In this document: positions 1 to 9,442 of the stretch, in pieces
Position numbering within the stretch: the first letter of the stretch is position 1
Layout: each line of letters begins with the position of its first letter
Origin: an uncultured Gemmatimonadales bacterium
Lineage (GTDB): Bacteria; Gemmatimonadota; Gemmatimonadetes; Gemmatimonadales; GWC2-71-9
Length of the DNA stretch: 64,000 nucleotides
Assembly: GCA_963698975.1 (NCBI GenBank)
Contig: CAVOSV010000001.1
Coordinates: forward strand, 738,514-802,513
Reading direction: 5' to 3'
Made by a program: the position numbers and the translations under genes
Notes under the pieces: generated by a model
Told to the model about the DNA's origin: nothing
Seen by the model: the letters and a program-made list of their open reading frames with translations, nothing else
Database searches by the model: none

Positions 1-295
1 GTGGCGCGACCGGTTCTGGCGCAGGCGGCTCGTGAGCTGCTGCTGGCCCAGTCCTCGGACTGGCAGTTCATCATTTCCACCGGGGCCGCCGCCGATTATG
101 CCGAGCAGCGCATCCGGCAGCACTGCGCGGACGCCGAAGAGCTGATTGCGGCACTGGCTGTCGGGCAACGACTCTCAGCTGGAGAGTGCGCAGCGCCGAG
201 CGGAGGAGCTGGGACAGCGGGATCAATTGTTTCCCAATGTGATTCCGGCCATTGCCGCCGCCCTGGGCGGATCGCGTTCCCTCGTCGTCGGATAA
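1..295 (+). pseudogene. 3' end of a GH57-type glycogen branching enzyme-like gene (DUF1957-type C-terminal region); partial at window edge, one frame change
   Basis: Frame 1 reads RELLLAQSSDWQFIISTGAAADYAEQRIRQH, the SDW-F..TG block typical of GH57 branching enzymes. Between ~148 and ~190 the sensible reading moves to frame 2 (QLESAQRRAEELGQRDQLFPNVIPAIAAALGGSRSLVVG, TAA 293-295). Confidence 0.6.
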
Positions 296-297
296 TC

Positions 298-2269
298 ATG
301 CCTCCCATCCGTTTCGTTTTTGGTCTTCATCTGCATCAACCAGTTGGCAACTTCGATCATGTCTTCGAGCAACACGTGGCCGATGTGTACCGCCCGATCC
401 TGGAACGGCTGTCCGGCCGGGGATTTCTGCCGGCGGTGCTGCATCTCTCCGGACCGCTGCTGGAGTGGCTCGAAGCCAACAACACCGGATATCTCGATTT
501 CCTGGGCCGGCTGGTCAGCGATGGAAAGGTGGAGCTGCTCCTGGCCGGCTTCTACGAGCCGGTGCTCGCCTCGCTTCCCCGCCGCGACCGGGTGGAACAG
601 ATCCAGTGGATGCACGAGGCCATCCGCCGGCGGTTCGGCGTGGATGCGAGGGGCCTCTGGCTCACCGAGACGGGTGTGGGAGCCCGAGCTGGCCGCCGAT
701 CTGGCCAACGCCGGCGTTCGCTATGCTCTGGTGGACGACCGGCACTTTCTGGTCTCCGGGTTTGCCGCCGAGCAGCTCCACACGCCGTATTGGACCGAGA
801 GCGACGGCCGGAGGGTGGCTGTCTTTCCCATCGATGAGCGGCTCCGGTATCTGATTCCGTTTCGGCCTCCGGAGGAAACCGCGGACTACCTGCGCGAGCT
901 GCGCGGCGCCGGCCACCGCCTGGCGGTGCTGGCCGACGATGGCGAGAAATTCGGCGGCTGGCCCGGCACCAAGGAGTGGGTTTACGAACGGGGCTGGCTG
1001 GACCGATTCATGGACACGATGAGCGGGTTGATCGAGGGCGGAGAGGTTGAGCTCAGTACCCTGACGGCCGCGCTGGAGCACGTCCCCAGTGGCGGGATTG
1101 CATACCTCCCGAGCGCCTCATACCGGGAAATGGAGGGGTGGTCTCTCCCTCCCGATGCGGCGCTCCGGCTGATCCGGCTGGAGCGGGACCTGGGCGAAGC
1201 GCGCATATCGGGCCCTGATGGCCCCCTGATTCGCGGCGCGCATTGGCGAAACTTCCTGGTCAAGTATTCCGAGTCCAACCGGATGCACAAGAAGATGCAG
1301 GCGCTCTCGCTTCTGCTCCGCGACGCCGGCGACCCGCCGCTGGCACGCCGCGCCATCGGACGAGCCCAGTGCAACGATGCTTACTGGCATGGTGTATTCG
1401 GCGGGTTGTACCTGCCCCACCTGCGAGAAGCGATCTGGCGCAATCTCTCTCTGGCTGAACAGGAGCTGCGGAGGGGTCAGGGCTTGGAGGCCGAGGTATG
1501 GGACATCGACGGCGACGGCCACGAAGAAATCTGGGTGCATTCCGATCGGTTCTCAGCAATCGTGAGTCCCTGGCGCGGAGGAGCCCTCGAGGAGTACACC
1601 CTTTTCTCCACTGCAACCAATTATGCCAATACGCTGACCCGGCGACGGGAGGCGTATCACGATACCGCCCTGGAGCAGCGGGCTGAAACCGAAAGCCATG
1701 AAGGTGGGACACCCAGCATTCACGATATCGAAGAGGGGATTCGGCTCGACCAGCGTCCCCCGATCGACCCCGACGATCGCGCACTGTTCGTCGATCGAGT
1801 GCTCTCCAGCTCACTTGCAGCGGGAGCAGTTTGCCTCGGGAGATTACCGGCCGATCAAGTCGTGGGCTCGCTGCCGCTACATCGGCAGACGTCAGGCAGG
1901 AACCCGATGCAGTCGAGATCAGGCTGAATGGAGAAGGACCTGACGAAGCAGTTTCGGTTTTTGCCGGACGGAAGCGTTACGGTGAGCTACACCTGGGAGG
2001 GATCGGTCGGTCAGCCCAGCGACCTCTTCACCACCGAGCTCTCGCTCTTTGCTCCGCTTCCTCTCGTCACAGAGCCCGCGGCGGACATCTGGACCTTTCC
2101 CATCGAGACGGTGGCCAAGTCCGAACGGGGGCTGGACCGTACCCGTCAAGGCGAGTCGTTCACCCTCCGATGGCCGGTGGAGGTCGGTACGGCAACCATC
2201 GAGCTCCCGGCCACGCCGGCCCAGTCACTGGAACCCGCCATCGCCGCCAAGATCGCAGATCTGGGCTAA
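298..2269 (+). pseudogene. GH57 alpha-amylase / 4-alpha-glucanotransferase family protein, frame broken at least 4 times
   Basis: ATG 298 gives MPPIRFVFGLHLHQPVGNFDHVFE. The LWLTE|RVWEPELA junction is broken by an extra base near 669 (gag-a-cgg gtg tgg gag). DDGEKFGGWPGT and NDAYWHGVFGGLYLPHLR follow in frame 2. Further frame changes between ~1800 and ~1930 (frames 2>3>1>2; the 2>3 step at ~1803 is clear, the later steps less so) precede the C-terminal domain LTKQFRFLPDGSVTVSYTW, TAA 2267-2269. Confidence 0.8.
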
Positions 2270-2291
2270 CCTGATCAGCGGTGCTTCGCCA

Positions 2292-2684
2292 CTACGACGG
2301 CGGAATCAACACTCCGTCGGCGCAAGTCCTACAAATGCCATGTGTGGTATGGGCATTGTGCTGACGTTCCAGAAACTGCTCCATTGCCAGCCACTCGTCT
2401 CCAGCCCGAACCCGGCGACACCAGGCGCAGATCACCACCAGAGATTCGAGATATTCGATCCGCCGAAATGCCCGGTAGTTGATGGTGACGACCACCGCTC
2501 CCACCGCCAAGGCGAGCGCGGACTCGAGCAGGCCCTCGCCCGGCCGGAACGGTGTGGCCGGGGTACCAAACAGCAGTCGCGGCAGGTCCAGAATTTCGTC
2601 CAGCCATATGATCGCGATGATGAGGAGAAATCCTGCCGCTTCCAGTGCCAGCGTGTAGCGGAATACCGCGCCTCGGAGCGTCAC
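2292..2684 (-). CDS. Small two-TM membrane protein with a C-terminal CxxC...HGICxxC cysteine module
   Basis: GTG start. Two hydrophobic spans (LALEAAGFLLIIAIIWL; SALALAVGAVVVTINY), then VVICAWCRRVRAGDEWLAMEQFLERQHNAHTTHGICRTC. I recall this motif from the C-termini of PAS/sensor proteins. Confidence 0.6.
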   Translation of the reverse strand: MTLRGAVFRYTLALEAAGFLLIIAIIWLDEILDLPRLLFGTPATPFRPGEGLLESALALAVGAVVVTINYRAFRRIEYLESLVVICAWCRRVRAGDEWLAMEQFLERQHNAHTTHGICRTCADGVLIPPS

Positions 2685-2987
2685 GAGCCTTGGCCTAGAT
2701 GAGTGTTCGAATGACCGCCCGGTGAGCCAGGTGTTCTGACCCGATCTGAACAGATAATAGGATGCTCACTACCAGGCTCTAGTCTCCTCCAGTAGCAGAT
2801 GTAAGGCTCCCCTCGATGCACAGCGACATCACGCATCTGCAGATGAGCTGCAGGGCCAGAACGGTGCAAACTCTTGCGATGTGGGCCACGCGAGGATGGC
2901 TGATGGCGCGTGTCTTGCCCCCGCTGCCGCTATCCCCAACCCACGTGGGCCACAATGTTCAGCAACAGTTCCGTTCGACCTGTCCGA

Positions 2988-3599
2988 ATGCAATACGCGT
3001 TCGCGGTTTGCGGGTCGCTGCTGCTGGCGGCCTGCGCCTCCAAGTACTCCCAGGTTCCGGCTCGGCTCGACCTGGCCCCGTACGGCCGTATTGCCCTCGT
3101 CACGTTTGCGGCGGATCGGCCGAATGATCCCATGAGCACACTGGCAACCCAGCAATTTGCCGAGGCTCTGCTCGCGACCCAGAACGGTGTCGAGCTGCTC
3201 GAGCTGGGATCGACCGACTCTTCACTGAAAGCGCTTCCGCCTGCTAGCGATGCGGTGGCATTGGCTCAGGCGCTTGGTAAGCAGAAGAACGTCCCGGCCG
3301 TATTCGTCGGTACGCTGAAGTTGTCGCAGCTGAAGCCTCATGGTCATATCGGCGCGTCGGGCATGAACGTGCAGGCCGGCGTATCGGCCGAGCTCACCGT
3401 GAGGTTGTTGTCGACCAGCACCGGAGGCACCGTGTGGCGCTCAAGCTCGACGGCAAACGGCACGGTGGGACAGCTGAACATTTCGGACCGGCTGCCCTCG
3501 ATTGCGGTGCGGGACAAGGAAGAGGCGTACGGTGAGATCGTGCGTCAGTTGATCGTGGACGTTACTCGAGATCTTCGTCCTACCTGGGTCAAGCAGTAG
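2988..3599 (+). CDS. Lipoprotein of unknown function
   Basis: ATG 2988 gives MQYAFAVCGSLLLAACAS (lipobox LLAAC). The ORF-track start at 2910 adds a Cys/Arg-rich extension with no signal logic. Confidence 0.6.
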   Translation: MQYAFAVCGSLLLAACASKYSQVPARLDLAPYGRIALVTFAADRPNDPMSTLATQQFAEALLATQNGVELLELGSTDSSLKALPPASDAVALAQALGKQKNVPAVFVGTLKLSQLKPHGHIGASGMNVQAGVSAELTVRLLSTSTGGTVWRSSSTANGTVGQLNISDRLPSIAVRDKEEAYGEIVRQLIVDVTRDLRPTWVKQ

Positions 3600-4155
3600 C
3601 GCGCCTGACGGTCTCTTCGTCCAGACGAGCCCGAATGGCCGCCAATAAAGGGTCTGCCGCGGTATACTGCTGACCATAGGCGAGATTGAAAGCGTAATCG
3701 AAGTCGGGAGGGTTTTTCCCCTGGGTGTGTTGCAGAATGGTCTCCAGCTTGTCCAGCCCTTTGGCCAGCTTCGCTTCGGGAGAGCTGGCCGCCTCGTAGT
3801 CGTCCCACAGTTCGACAATCTCACGGCGCAAATCGGGCGGAAGCGGCTCACTGAGCTCCAGCAGATCTGCTCGTTCATGGCCGGCCTTTGGCGCTCCTGC
3901 TGACTGCAGCGGCGCCGGCACATCGCCTCCAAGGGCTTCGCCCAGATCGTGGATCAGACACATCTTGAGCAGCCGTGCCAGATCGATTCCGGGCGTGCGG
4001 CCGTAGAACAGCATTGCCATGAGTGCCAGGCGCCAGGTGTGCTCCGCCACGCTCTCCCGATCGCCGGCGGAAGTCCAGCCGCTGCGAGTGACGGTTTTCA
4101 GCCGCTCGGCAGCCCGAAGGAAGGTGAGGATGCCCTCGATGTCGGTGGGCTGCAT
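3589..4155 (-). CDS. HD-domain phosphohydrolase (YfbR-like 5'-deoxynucleotidase family)
   Basis: ESVAEHTWRLALMAM ... LIHDLGEALGGD (H..HD..D metal ligands). GGAG lies 6 nt upstream of ATG 4155. The alternative ATG 4182 would overlap the upstream gene. Confidence 0.75.
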   Translation of the reverse strand: MQPTDIEGILTFLRAAERLKTVTRSGWTSAGDRESVAEHTWRLALMAMLFYGRTPGIDLARLLKMCLIHDLGEALGGDVPAPLQSAGAPKAGHERADLLELSEPLPPDLRREIVELWDDYEAASSPEAKLAKGLDKLETILQHTQGKNPPDFDYAFNLAYGQQYTAADPLLAAIRARLDEETVRRATA

Positions 4156-4168
4156 CTCGACTCCGCTG

Positions 4169-4663
4169 CTAAGCCTTGGCATTTCTTCCCGGCGGCCATG
4201 CCCCTAACAACCGGCGCACCACCACCAGCTCACCAATATGGTAAGCGGCGTGGTCAGCAGCCAGCAAAATCTCTCGAAGGTAGGTCTGACCTTCACCGTG
4301 CGGGATCCGGGCTTCGAGTGTGATCGTTGGATCTCTGCTCAGGTCCTGCAGCGCCGTCCGATCTCGGAGGAAGTCCCGGACGCTCTTGTCCCAGGCAGCG
4401 GAATTCGGCGGTGAGCCAGAGAAGGGCCAATAATCGTCCGGCCACTTCAGCTCGCGGTACTTCGGATTGCGGCAGAAATCCAGAATATCCGCCTGAGTGA
4501 TCCGGAGATGCTCGACCAGCTGCCAGGGAGAGTAAGGCAGATGCGGAGGCGTGGTTCCCCGCAGATCGGCCGGCAAATCGGCCACGGCCGACTCGAAGCT
4601 GGTATGTGCGTCCTCCCATCCGAGCAGCTTCACGAGGTGTTCCCTGATGCTGGAATCGGCCAC
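4169..4663 (-). CDS. DinB-family protein (four-helix metal-binding bundle)
   Basis: 164 aa with WQLVEHLRITQADILDF and LLAADHAAYHIGELVVVRRLLG, the conserved His pattern of the DinB/YfiT-like family. Confidence 0.65.
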   Translation of the reverse strand: MADSSIREHLVKLLGWEDAHTSFESAVADLPADLRGTTPPHLPYSPWQLVEHLRITQADILDFCRNPKYRELKWPDDYWPFSGSPPNSAAWDKSVRDFLRDRTALQDLSRDPTITLEARIPHGEGQTYLREILLAADHAAYHIGELVVVRRLLGAWPPGRNAKA

Positions 4664-4666
4664 GGC

Positions 4667-5257
4667 TCACTCCTGATCGGATTCAGGGGCGTTCGGCATC
4701 GCTCTGCGCAGCGCTCGGAATGCCCGCGTCAGGTCGGGCAACTGGTGGTTCGCGTTCAAGCCGCTTGGGTTGGGCAGCACCCAGAGGCCGCTCTGGCTAA
4801 TCAGCTCCTGCTGGCGTCCCATCGCGGCCTTGGGCCTTTCAAACGCCGTACGATAGGCTCCGATCCCAACCACCGCCACCCAGCGTGGCCGATAACGCGC
4901 AACCTTTCGCTCCAGTCGCCTTCTGCCGGCCCGCAGCTCCTCCGGCGACAGCTCAGCCGCAGTCGCGGTTGCGCGGGCGACCAGATTGGTGATGCCCAGC
5001 CCCTCATCCAGCAGCAGATGCTCGTCCCAGGGACTTACCAGGAGGTGAGTAAATCCAGCAGCGTACAGTGCAGGCCAGAAGCGATTTCCCGGCCGCGCGA
5101 AGTGGTGGCGCGTGGCCCCGGAATAGAGTCCGGGATTGATGCCGCAGAACAACACCTTGAGATGGGGTCGGATCAGATCAGGGACCATGCGACCTACCGC
5201 AGCCGCAACCTGAGCCTTGGTGGGCCGGGTCCTGCTCGCCGCGGGACCATTGACCAT
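4667..5257 (-). CDS. mug: G/U mismatch-specific uracil-DNA glycosylase (Mug/TDG family)
   Basis: KVLFCGINPGLYSGATRHHFARPGNRFWPALYAAGFT and WVLPNPSGLNA are the Mug catalytic and wedge motifs. An internal start (MVPDLIRP) is possible. Confidence 0.8.
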   Translation of the reverse strand: MVNGPAASRTRPTKAQVAAAVGRMVPDLIRPHLKVLFCGINPGLYSGATRHHFARPGNRFWPALYAAGFTHLLVSPWDEHLLLDEGLGITNLVARATATAAELSPEELRAGRRRLERKVARYRPRWVAVVGIGAYRTAFERPKAAMGRQQELISQSGLWVLPNPSGLNANHQLPDLTRAFRALRRAMPNAPESDQE

Positions 5258-5259
5258 GT

Positions 5260-5388
5260 TCAGAGTAGGGTGAGCAGTATCGTCAGAACGAAAGCCGTGA
5301 TCCAGGATTTGAGGTAAACGCCGCGGGCCTGTCGTCTGATCGAAGAGAGCTCCTGAGGATCGGTGATCGGTTCGGAACCTTGGTCCAT
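5260..5388 (-). CDS. Possible 42-aa tail-anchored small membrane protein
   Basis: My own translation: MDQGSEPITDPQELSSIRRQARGVYLKSWITAFVLTILLTLL. It ends 2 nt before the mug start. No Shine-Dalgarno seen; below the ORF-track size cutoff. Confidence 0.3.
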   Translation of the reverse strand: MDQGSEPITDPQELSSIRRQARGVYLKSWITAFVLTILLTLL

Positions 5389-5643
5389 GTCGCGCTGACC
5401 GCGCGCGGCGAGCTTCACTCAGGTGCGTTCACGAGCCTGCAAGAAGCCTAGTGCCGCTGCCCACAGAGGAATGACCAGCAACATTCGCCAGCCACGCGCG
5501 ACATCGGCGTGGATGAGCATTGCCGCTAGAACCAGGCTGGCGCCGAGGAGCACGACTCCGAAGGTGAGCCGTTTGCGGCGCTCACGCGGCCCGATGTTGG
5601 CGGTACCAGCTGTCGTCAGATTCAGATCCCGATCCGGTCGGCA

Positions 5644-6117
5644 TTATCCTGCCGGCTTGGCCGGCCGGCCCGGAGTGATCCTCTTCTCTGCCCGACCCTT
5701 CACGTATCCGTAGACTGCCAGGATCTGGTCGGGGCTCAGTGTTCCCTTGAATGCGGGCATTCCCCGGTGGGGGCGCCCCTCGCTCACGATCTGGCTGAAT
5801 TTTTCCGGCGTGTCAATGGGCCCCCCGGGAGCCAGCGATACCAGCAGATTGGCAGCTACGGGATTGGGCAGCACGTCCTGACCATGGCACCGGGCGCAGT
5901 TCACGCTGTACTGCCGCCAGCCCTCGTACTCGGTCGGGCTCACCTTGGGTGCATTCTCCGGCTGATCAGTAGCCGGCTTTTGTGGCGCCGCGGGGGGAGT
6001 GTCGACCGCGGAAGACTGTGAGACCATTAGAAGAGGGGTAACAGAGGCCCGAGATCCTGGACCAGAGCCGGTCAGGATTACACCCGACAGCAAGGCCATG
6101 GAAATCGGCAACATCAT
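5644..6117 (-). CDS. Secreted mono-haem c-type cytochrome
   Basis: Signal peptide, then YEGWRQYSVNCARCHGQDV (CxxCH) and a distal RGMPAF Met ligand region. Paralogue of the upstream gene. Confidence 0.8.
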   Translation of the reverse strand: MMLPISMALLSGVILTGSGPGSRASVTPLLMVSQSSAVDTPPAAPQKPATDQPENAPKVSPTEYEGWRQYSVNCARCHGQDVLPNPVAANLLVSLAPGGPIDTPEKFSQIVSEGRPHRGMPAFKGTLSPDQILAVYGYVKGRAEKRITPGRPAKPAG

Positions 6118-6870
6118 CCGCCGGACTTCACTGCTGGACGTCCCGGATGGATCTTGGCATCACTCCGACCCTTCACGTACGAGTAGATCGCCTCGATGGT
6201 GGGCATCTCCATACCGAGCGCACACCAGGATGGCATGCCCTTGGCCGGGCGGCCGGCGCAGACTGTTTGAATGAAGAGTTCCTTGGTGTTGATGGGCCCG
6301 TCCGGCCTGAGCGACACGATGAGGTGAGGGGCGATGGTCGTTCCCTGCACATCTTCGCCGTGGCAGCGGGCGCAGTTCAGGTTGAACTGCTTCCAGCCGT
6401 CGTACACCTGCTGGGGGACGGTATCCAGGGGTGCGGTGTGATACGGATCCCGCAGAGGCGCACCGGCATCTGCTGTCTGGGAGGGCGCTGCTGAGCTCTC
6501 CGCCGGCTGCGTCGGCGTGGAGGTAGTGGTATCAGAATGCTGAGATCTGGTTTGCGCAGCGGGTTTGGGCTTGGCCGGCCGGGGAGCTGGCTTTGGCGGA
6601 GCCGGCTTGGTGGCGACCGCCTTGGCAGTATCGGCCCGGGCAGTGGTCGATTCGGGTCGGGTCATGCTCGAGGTGTCTCGCACCTGAGCGCTGGTGCCGC
6701 TCGATGTACCGGCTGCCGTGTCCGCACCGGAAGACGGGGTCGTGTCCCGCGATACCGCAGCGTGAACGCTGTTCGCCCCCGCAGCCCACGAGGCCGGCCA
6801 GCACGAGCACGCCTGTCAGCGAGGCCGTGCGTCCCCGCAGGGTCCAATGCTTCCGCCAAGCACCAATCAT
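6114..6870 (-). pseudogene. c-type cytochrome lipoprotein with a long S/T/P/A-rich linker; one +1 frame change
   Basis: ATG 6870 is preceded by GGAGAGGAGGGG. MIGAWRKHWTLRGRTASLTGVLVLAGLVGCGG (lipobox). The frame slips near the C/G run at 6772-6781 into ANSVHAAVSRDTTPSSGADTAAG...KPAPPKPAPRPAKPKP...YDGWKQFNLNCARCHGEDV. Confidence 0.75.
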
Positions 6871-7004
6871 TTGAGTCACCCCTCCTCTCCGGTGGTCATC
6901 GAGCGCGTCCTGTGATGATCAAGATCGTTTGACAGTCCAGGTTGCTAGGTGACGCAGGTCACGAGAACGGTGCATGAACTCAAATCCCAAATTATTATCC
7001 CGAC

Positions 7005-7889
7005 ATGACGCAGAATTCGAGTACTGTGACCTTGGGACTGGTGCAGATGCGGTGCACGCCGGAACCTTCCCGGAACATGACCGCGGCCGTTCAGGGTGTG
7101 CGAGATGCGGCAGCCCGCGGAGCCCAGATCGTCTGCCTTCAGGAGTTGTTCCGCAGTCAATACTTCTGCCAGACGGAGGATCACGGCTGCTTCAATTTGG
7201 CTGAGCCGGTGCCGGGGCCCTCGACCGAGGAGTTGGGCGCGCTCGCTGCGGAGCTCGGGGTGGTCATCGTGGCGTCACTGTTCGAGAAGCGAGCCCAGGG
7301 CATCTACCATAACACCGCCGCCATTCTAGACGCCGACGGACGGTACCTCGGGAAATACCGGAAGATGCACATACCGGACGACCCGCAGTACTACGAAAAG
7401 TTCTACTTTACCCCCGGCGACCTGGGCTTTCGCTCCTGGGATACTCGGTTCGGCCGCATCGGCGTGCTGGTGTGTTGGGATCAGTGGTATCCCGAAGCGG
7501 CCCGACTCACCGCGATGAGTGGCGCCCAGATTCTGTTTTACCCGACCGCCATCGGCTGGTTGCCGGCCGAGAAGCAAGAGCACGGTGCACAGCAACAGGC
7601 CGCCTGGGAAACCATCCAGCGAAGCCATGCCATCGCAAATGGGGTCTATGTCTGCTCAGTGAATCGGGTCGGCTTCGAGGGAGCGCCGGACGCCGGAATC
7701 GAGTTCTGGGGCGGCAGCTTTGTCTCGGATCCGGGCGGCCGGGTGATCGTGAAGGGCGGCACCGGAGAAGAGATCCTGATCGCTCGATGCGACCTCTCCA
7801 AGGTGGACGCGAGTCGCACCCACTGGCCATTCCTGCGGGATCGCCGGATAGACGCCTACGCCGACCTCACCAAGCGCTATCTCGACTGA
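7005..7889 (+). CDS. aguB: N-carbamoylputrescine amidase (nitrilase superfamily)
   Basis: LGLVQM..., IVCLQELF, YRKMHIPDDPQYYEKFYFTPGD, GVLVCWDQWYPEAAR (Glu-Lys-Cys triad context). Sits directly upstream of agmatine deiminase. Confidence 0.85.
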   Translation: MTQNSSTVTLGLVQMRCTPEPSRNMTAAVQGVRDAAARGAQIVCLQELFRSQYFCQTEDHGCFNLAEPVPGPSTEELGALAAELGVVIVASLFEKRAQGIYHNTAAILDADGRYLGKYRKMHIPDDPQYYEKFYFTPGDLGFRSWDTRFGRIGVLVCWDQWYPEAARLTAMSGAQILFYPTAIGWLPAEKQEHGAQQQAAWETIQRSHAIANGVYVCSVNRVGFEGAPDAGIEFWGGSFVSDPGGRVIVKGGTGEEILIARCDLSKVDASRTHWPFLRDRRIDAYADLTKRYLD

Positions 7890-7926
7890 AAGCACCATCT
7901 CCACTCCCACTCAGCTGGGTTACCGG

Positions 7927-8976
7927 ATGCCGGCCGAGTGGGAGCTCCACCGCGGCACCTGGCTGAGCTGGCCTCATAAAGAGGCCTCCTGGCCGGGAAA
8001 GTTCACTCCAGTTCCCCGGATCTTTGCCCGGATGGTCGGTCTCCTGGCCGACCACGAGGAAGTCCATATCAACGTGGCCGGGCCCGCAATGGAAGACGAG
8101 GTCAGGCGACTTCTGGCCGATTGCGGAACCGATACCGGAAACGTGCTCTTCCACTTTCACCCCACCAACGACGCCTGGTGTCGCGATCATGGACCGATCT
8201 TCGTTCAGCGGCCGGATCCGGAGCAGCCTCAAGCCATCATCGACTGGGGGTTCAACGCCTGGGGTGGGAAGTATCCGCCGTACGATCTGGACGACGTCAT
8301 ACCGACCCGGATCGCTGAAGAGCTGAGCCTTCCCGTGTTCCAGCCCGGTATCGTGCTGGAGGGTGGCTCCATCGATGTGAACGGACGGGGAACTCTGCTG
8401 ACCACCGAGTCCTGCCTGCTCAATCCCAACCGCAACCCTGAGCTGAGTCGCCGGGAAATCGAACAGTTTCTTCGGGCATACCTCGGCATGCGGCACATCC
8501 TGTGGTTGGGCGACGGTATTGTTGGCGATGATACCGACGGCCACATCGACGATCTCACCCGGTTCGTTGACGACCGGACGGTAGTCACCGTGGTGGAGGA
8601 CGATCCCTCCGACGAAAACTACGAGCCGCTTCAGAAGAATCTGGAGCGGCTCCAGGACATGACGGACCAGGACGGCTTGCCGCTGCGGGTGGTTACCTTG
8701 CCGATGCCGCGGGGCCTGTGGCACGACGGCCAGCGATTGCCGGCCAGCTATGCCAACTTCTACATCGCTAATGGGGTAGTGCTACTTCCGACCTACGATC
8801 CCGCCCGCGACGAAGAGGCGCGCGCGATACTGCAGGGGCTGTTTCCCTCCCGTGAAGTTGTGGGCATTGATTGCACTGATCTGGTCTGGGGACTCGGCGC
8901 CTTTCATTGCGTGACCCAGCAGTGGCCTGCTACAGCGGGGCAGATGGGCAGCGCGTCAGCGGGGCAGCAAGGCTAG
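7927..8976 (+). CDS. aguA: Agmatine deiminase
   Basis: MPAEWELH, WPHK, NDAWCRDHGPIF, WGFNAWGGKY, DDTDGHIDDLTRFV, GLGAFHCVTQQ (catalytic Cys). Confidence 0.85.
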   Translation: MPAEWELHRGTWLSWPHKEASWPGKFTPVPRIFARMVGLLADHEEVHINVAGPAMEDEVRRLLADCGTDTGNVLFHFHPTNDAWCRDHGPIFVQRPDPEQPQAIIDWGFNAWGGKYPPYDLDDVIPTRIAEELSLPVFQPGIVLEGGSIDVNGRGTLLTTESCLLNPNRNPELSRREIEQFLRAYLGMRHILWLGDGIVGDDTDGHIDDLTRFVDDRTVVTVVEDDPSDENYEPLQKNLERLQDMTDQDGLPLRVVTLPMPRGLWHDGQRLPASYANFYIANGVVLLPTYDPARDEEARAILQGLFPSREVVGIDCTDLVWGLGAFHCVTQQWPATAGQMGSASAGQQG

Positions 8977-9031
8977 GAATTCAGAACGTCTCCTGCTGCC
9001 CTGCCACTCCGCTGCCCCGCTGTCCTGCCAC

Positions 9032-9412
9032 CTACGACTTCTGCCAAGTTCCTACCAGCGCTGCACGCCGACCCCCGCAGGTATCCATGCCCAACCCGGC
9101 AATGTGAAGTTCGTCCTGATCCCGGCTCACCACGTAGCGAGCGTCTCCGGTCTGGCAGGCGCTGGCAGCGGTATCGGCCTTGAAGACCAGGGTGTCGCCA
9201 GTGAACCGGCCCCGGCCCTTCATGTCGACCGAATCGGGCCACCGGGGCGAAGGAAGCATCAGCTCCACGCCGCCGTTGGAGGCCAGCTTCATGTGGACCT
9301 CGCCTTCACCATAGAGATCGCGTTTCCAGGTGCCGGCGTATTTGCCACCATCTCCGCCGCAGGCGACGAGCGCCAGCAACGTCAGAATGACAAGAGACCG
9401 CATGCCAATCAT
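9032..9412 (-). CDS. Small lipoprotein (possibly lipocalin-like), third gene of the SusC/SusD unit
   Basis: MIGMRSLVILTLLALVACGG lipobox. GTW motifs near both ends (YAGTWKRD, LVGTWQKS). Starts 30 nt after the SusD stop on the same strand. Confidence 0.55.
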   Translation of the reverse strand: MIGMRSLVILTLLALVACGGDGGKYAGTWKRDLYGEGEVHMKLASNGGVELMLPSPRWPDSVDMKGRGRFTGDTLVFKADTAASACQTGDARYVVSRDQDELHIAGLGMDTCGGRRAALVGTWQKS

Positions 9413-9442
9413 CGGAACTCCTTCCTTGTGGAGGTTGGCCAA

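Noticed and set aside
5419-5640. Possible minus-strand small membrane protein (…RKRLTFGVVLLGASLVLAAMLIHADVARGWRMLLVIPLWAAALGFLQARERT).
   Set aside because: Plausible two-TM sequence, but the frame has no ATG/GTG/TTG after the upstream stop. It may be another indel casualty, so it is not reported as a feature.
6985-7007. TATTAT box 6-7 nt upstream of the aguB ATG, suggesting a leaderless transcript.
   Set aside because: There is no convincing -35 element at 17-bp spacing. A single hexamer in an AT-richer gap is weak evidence.
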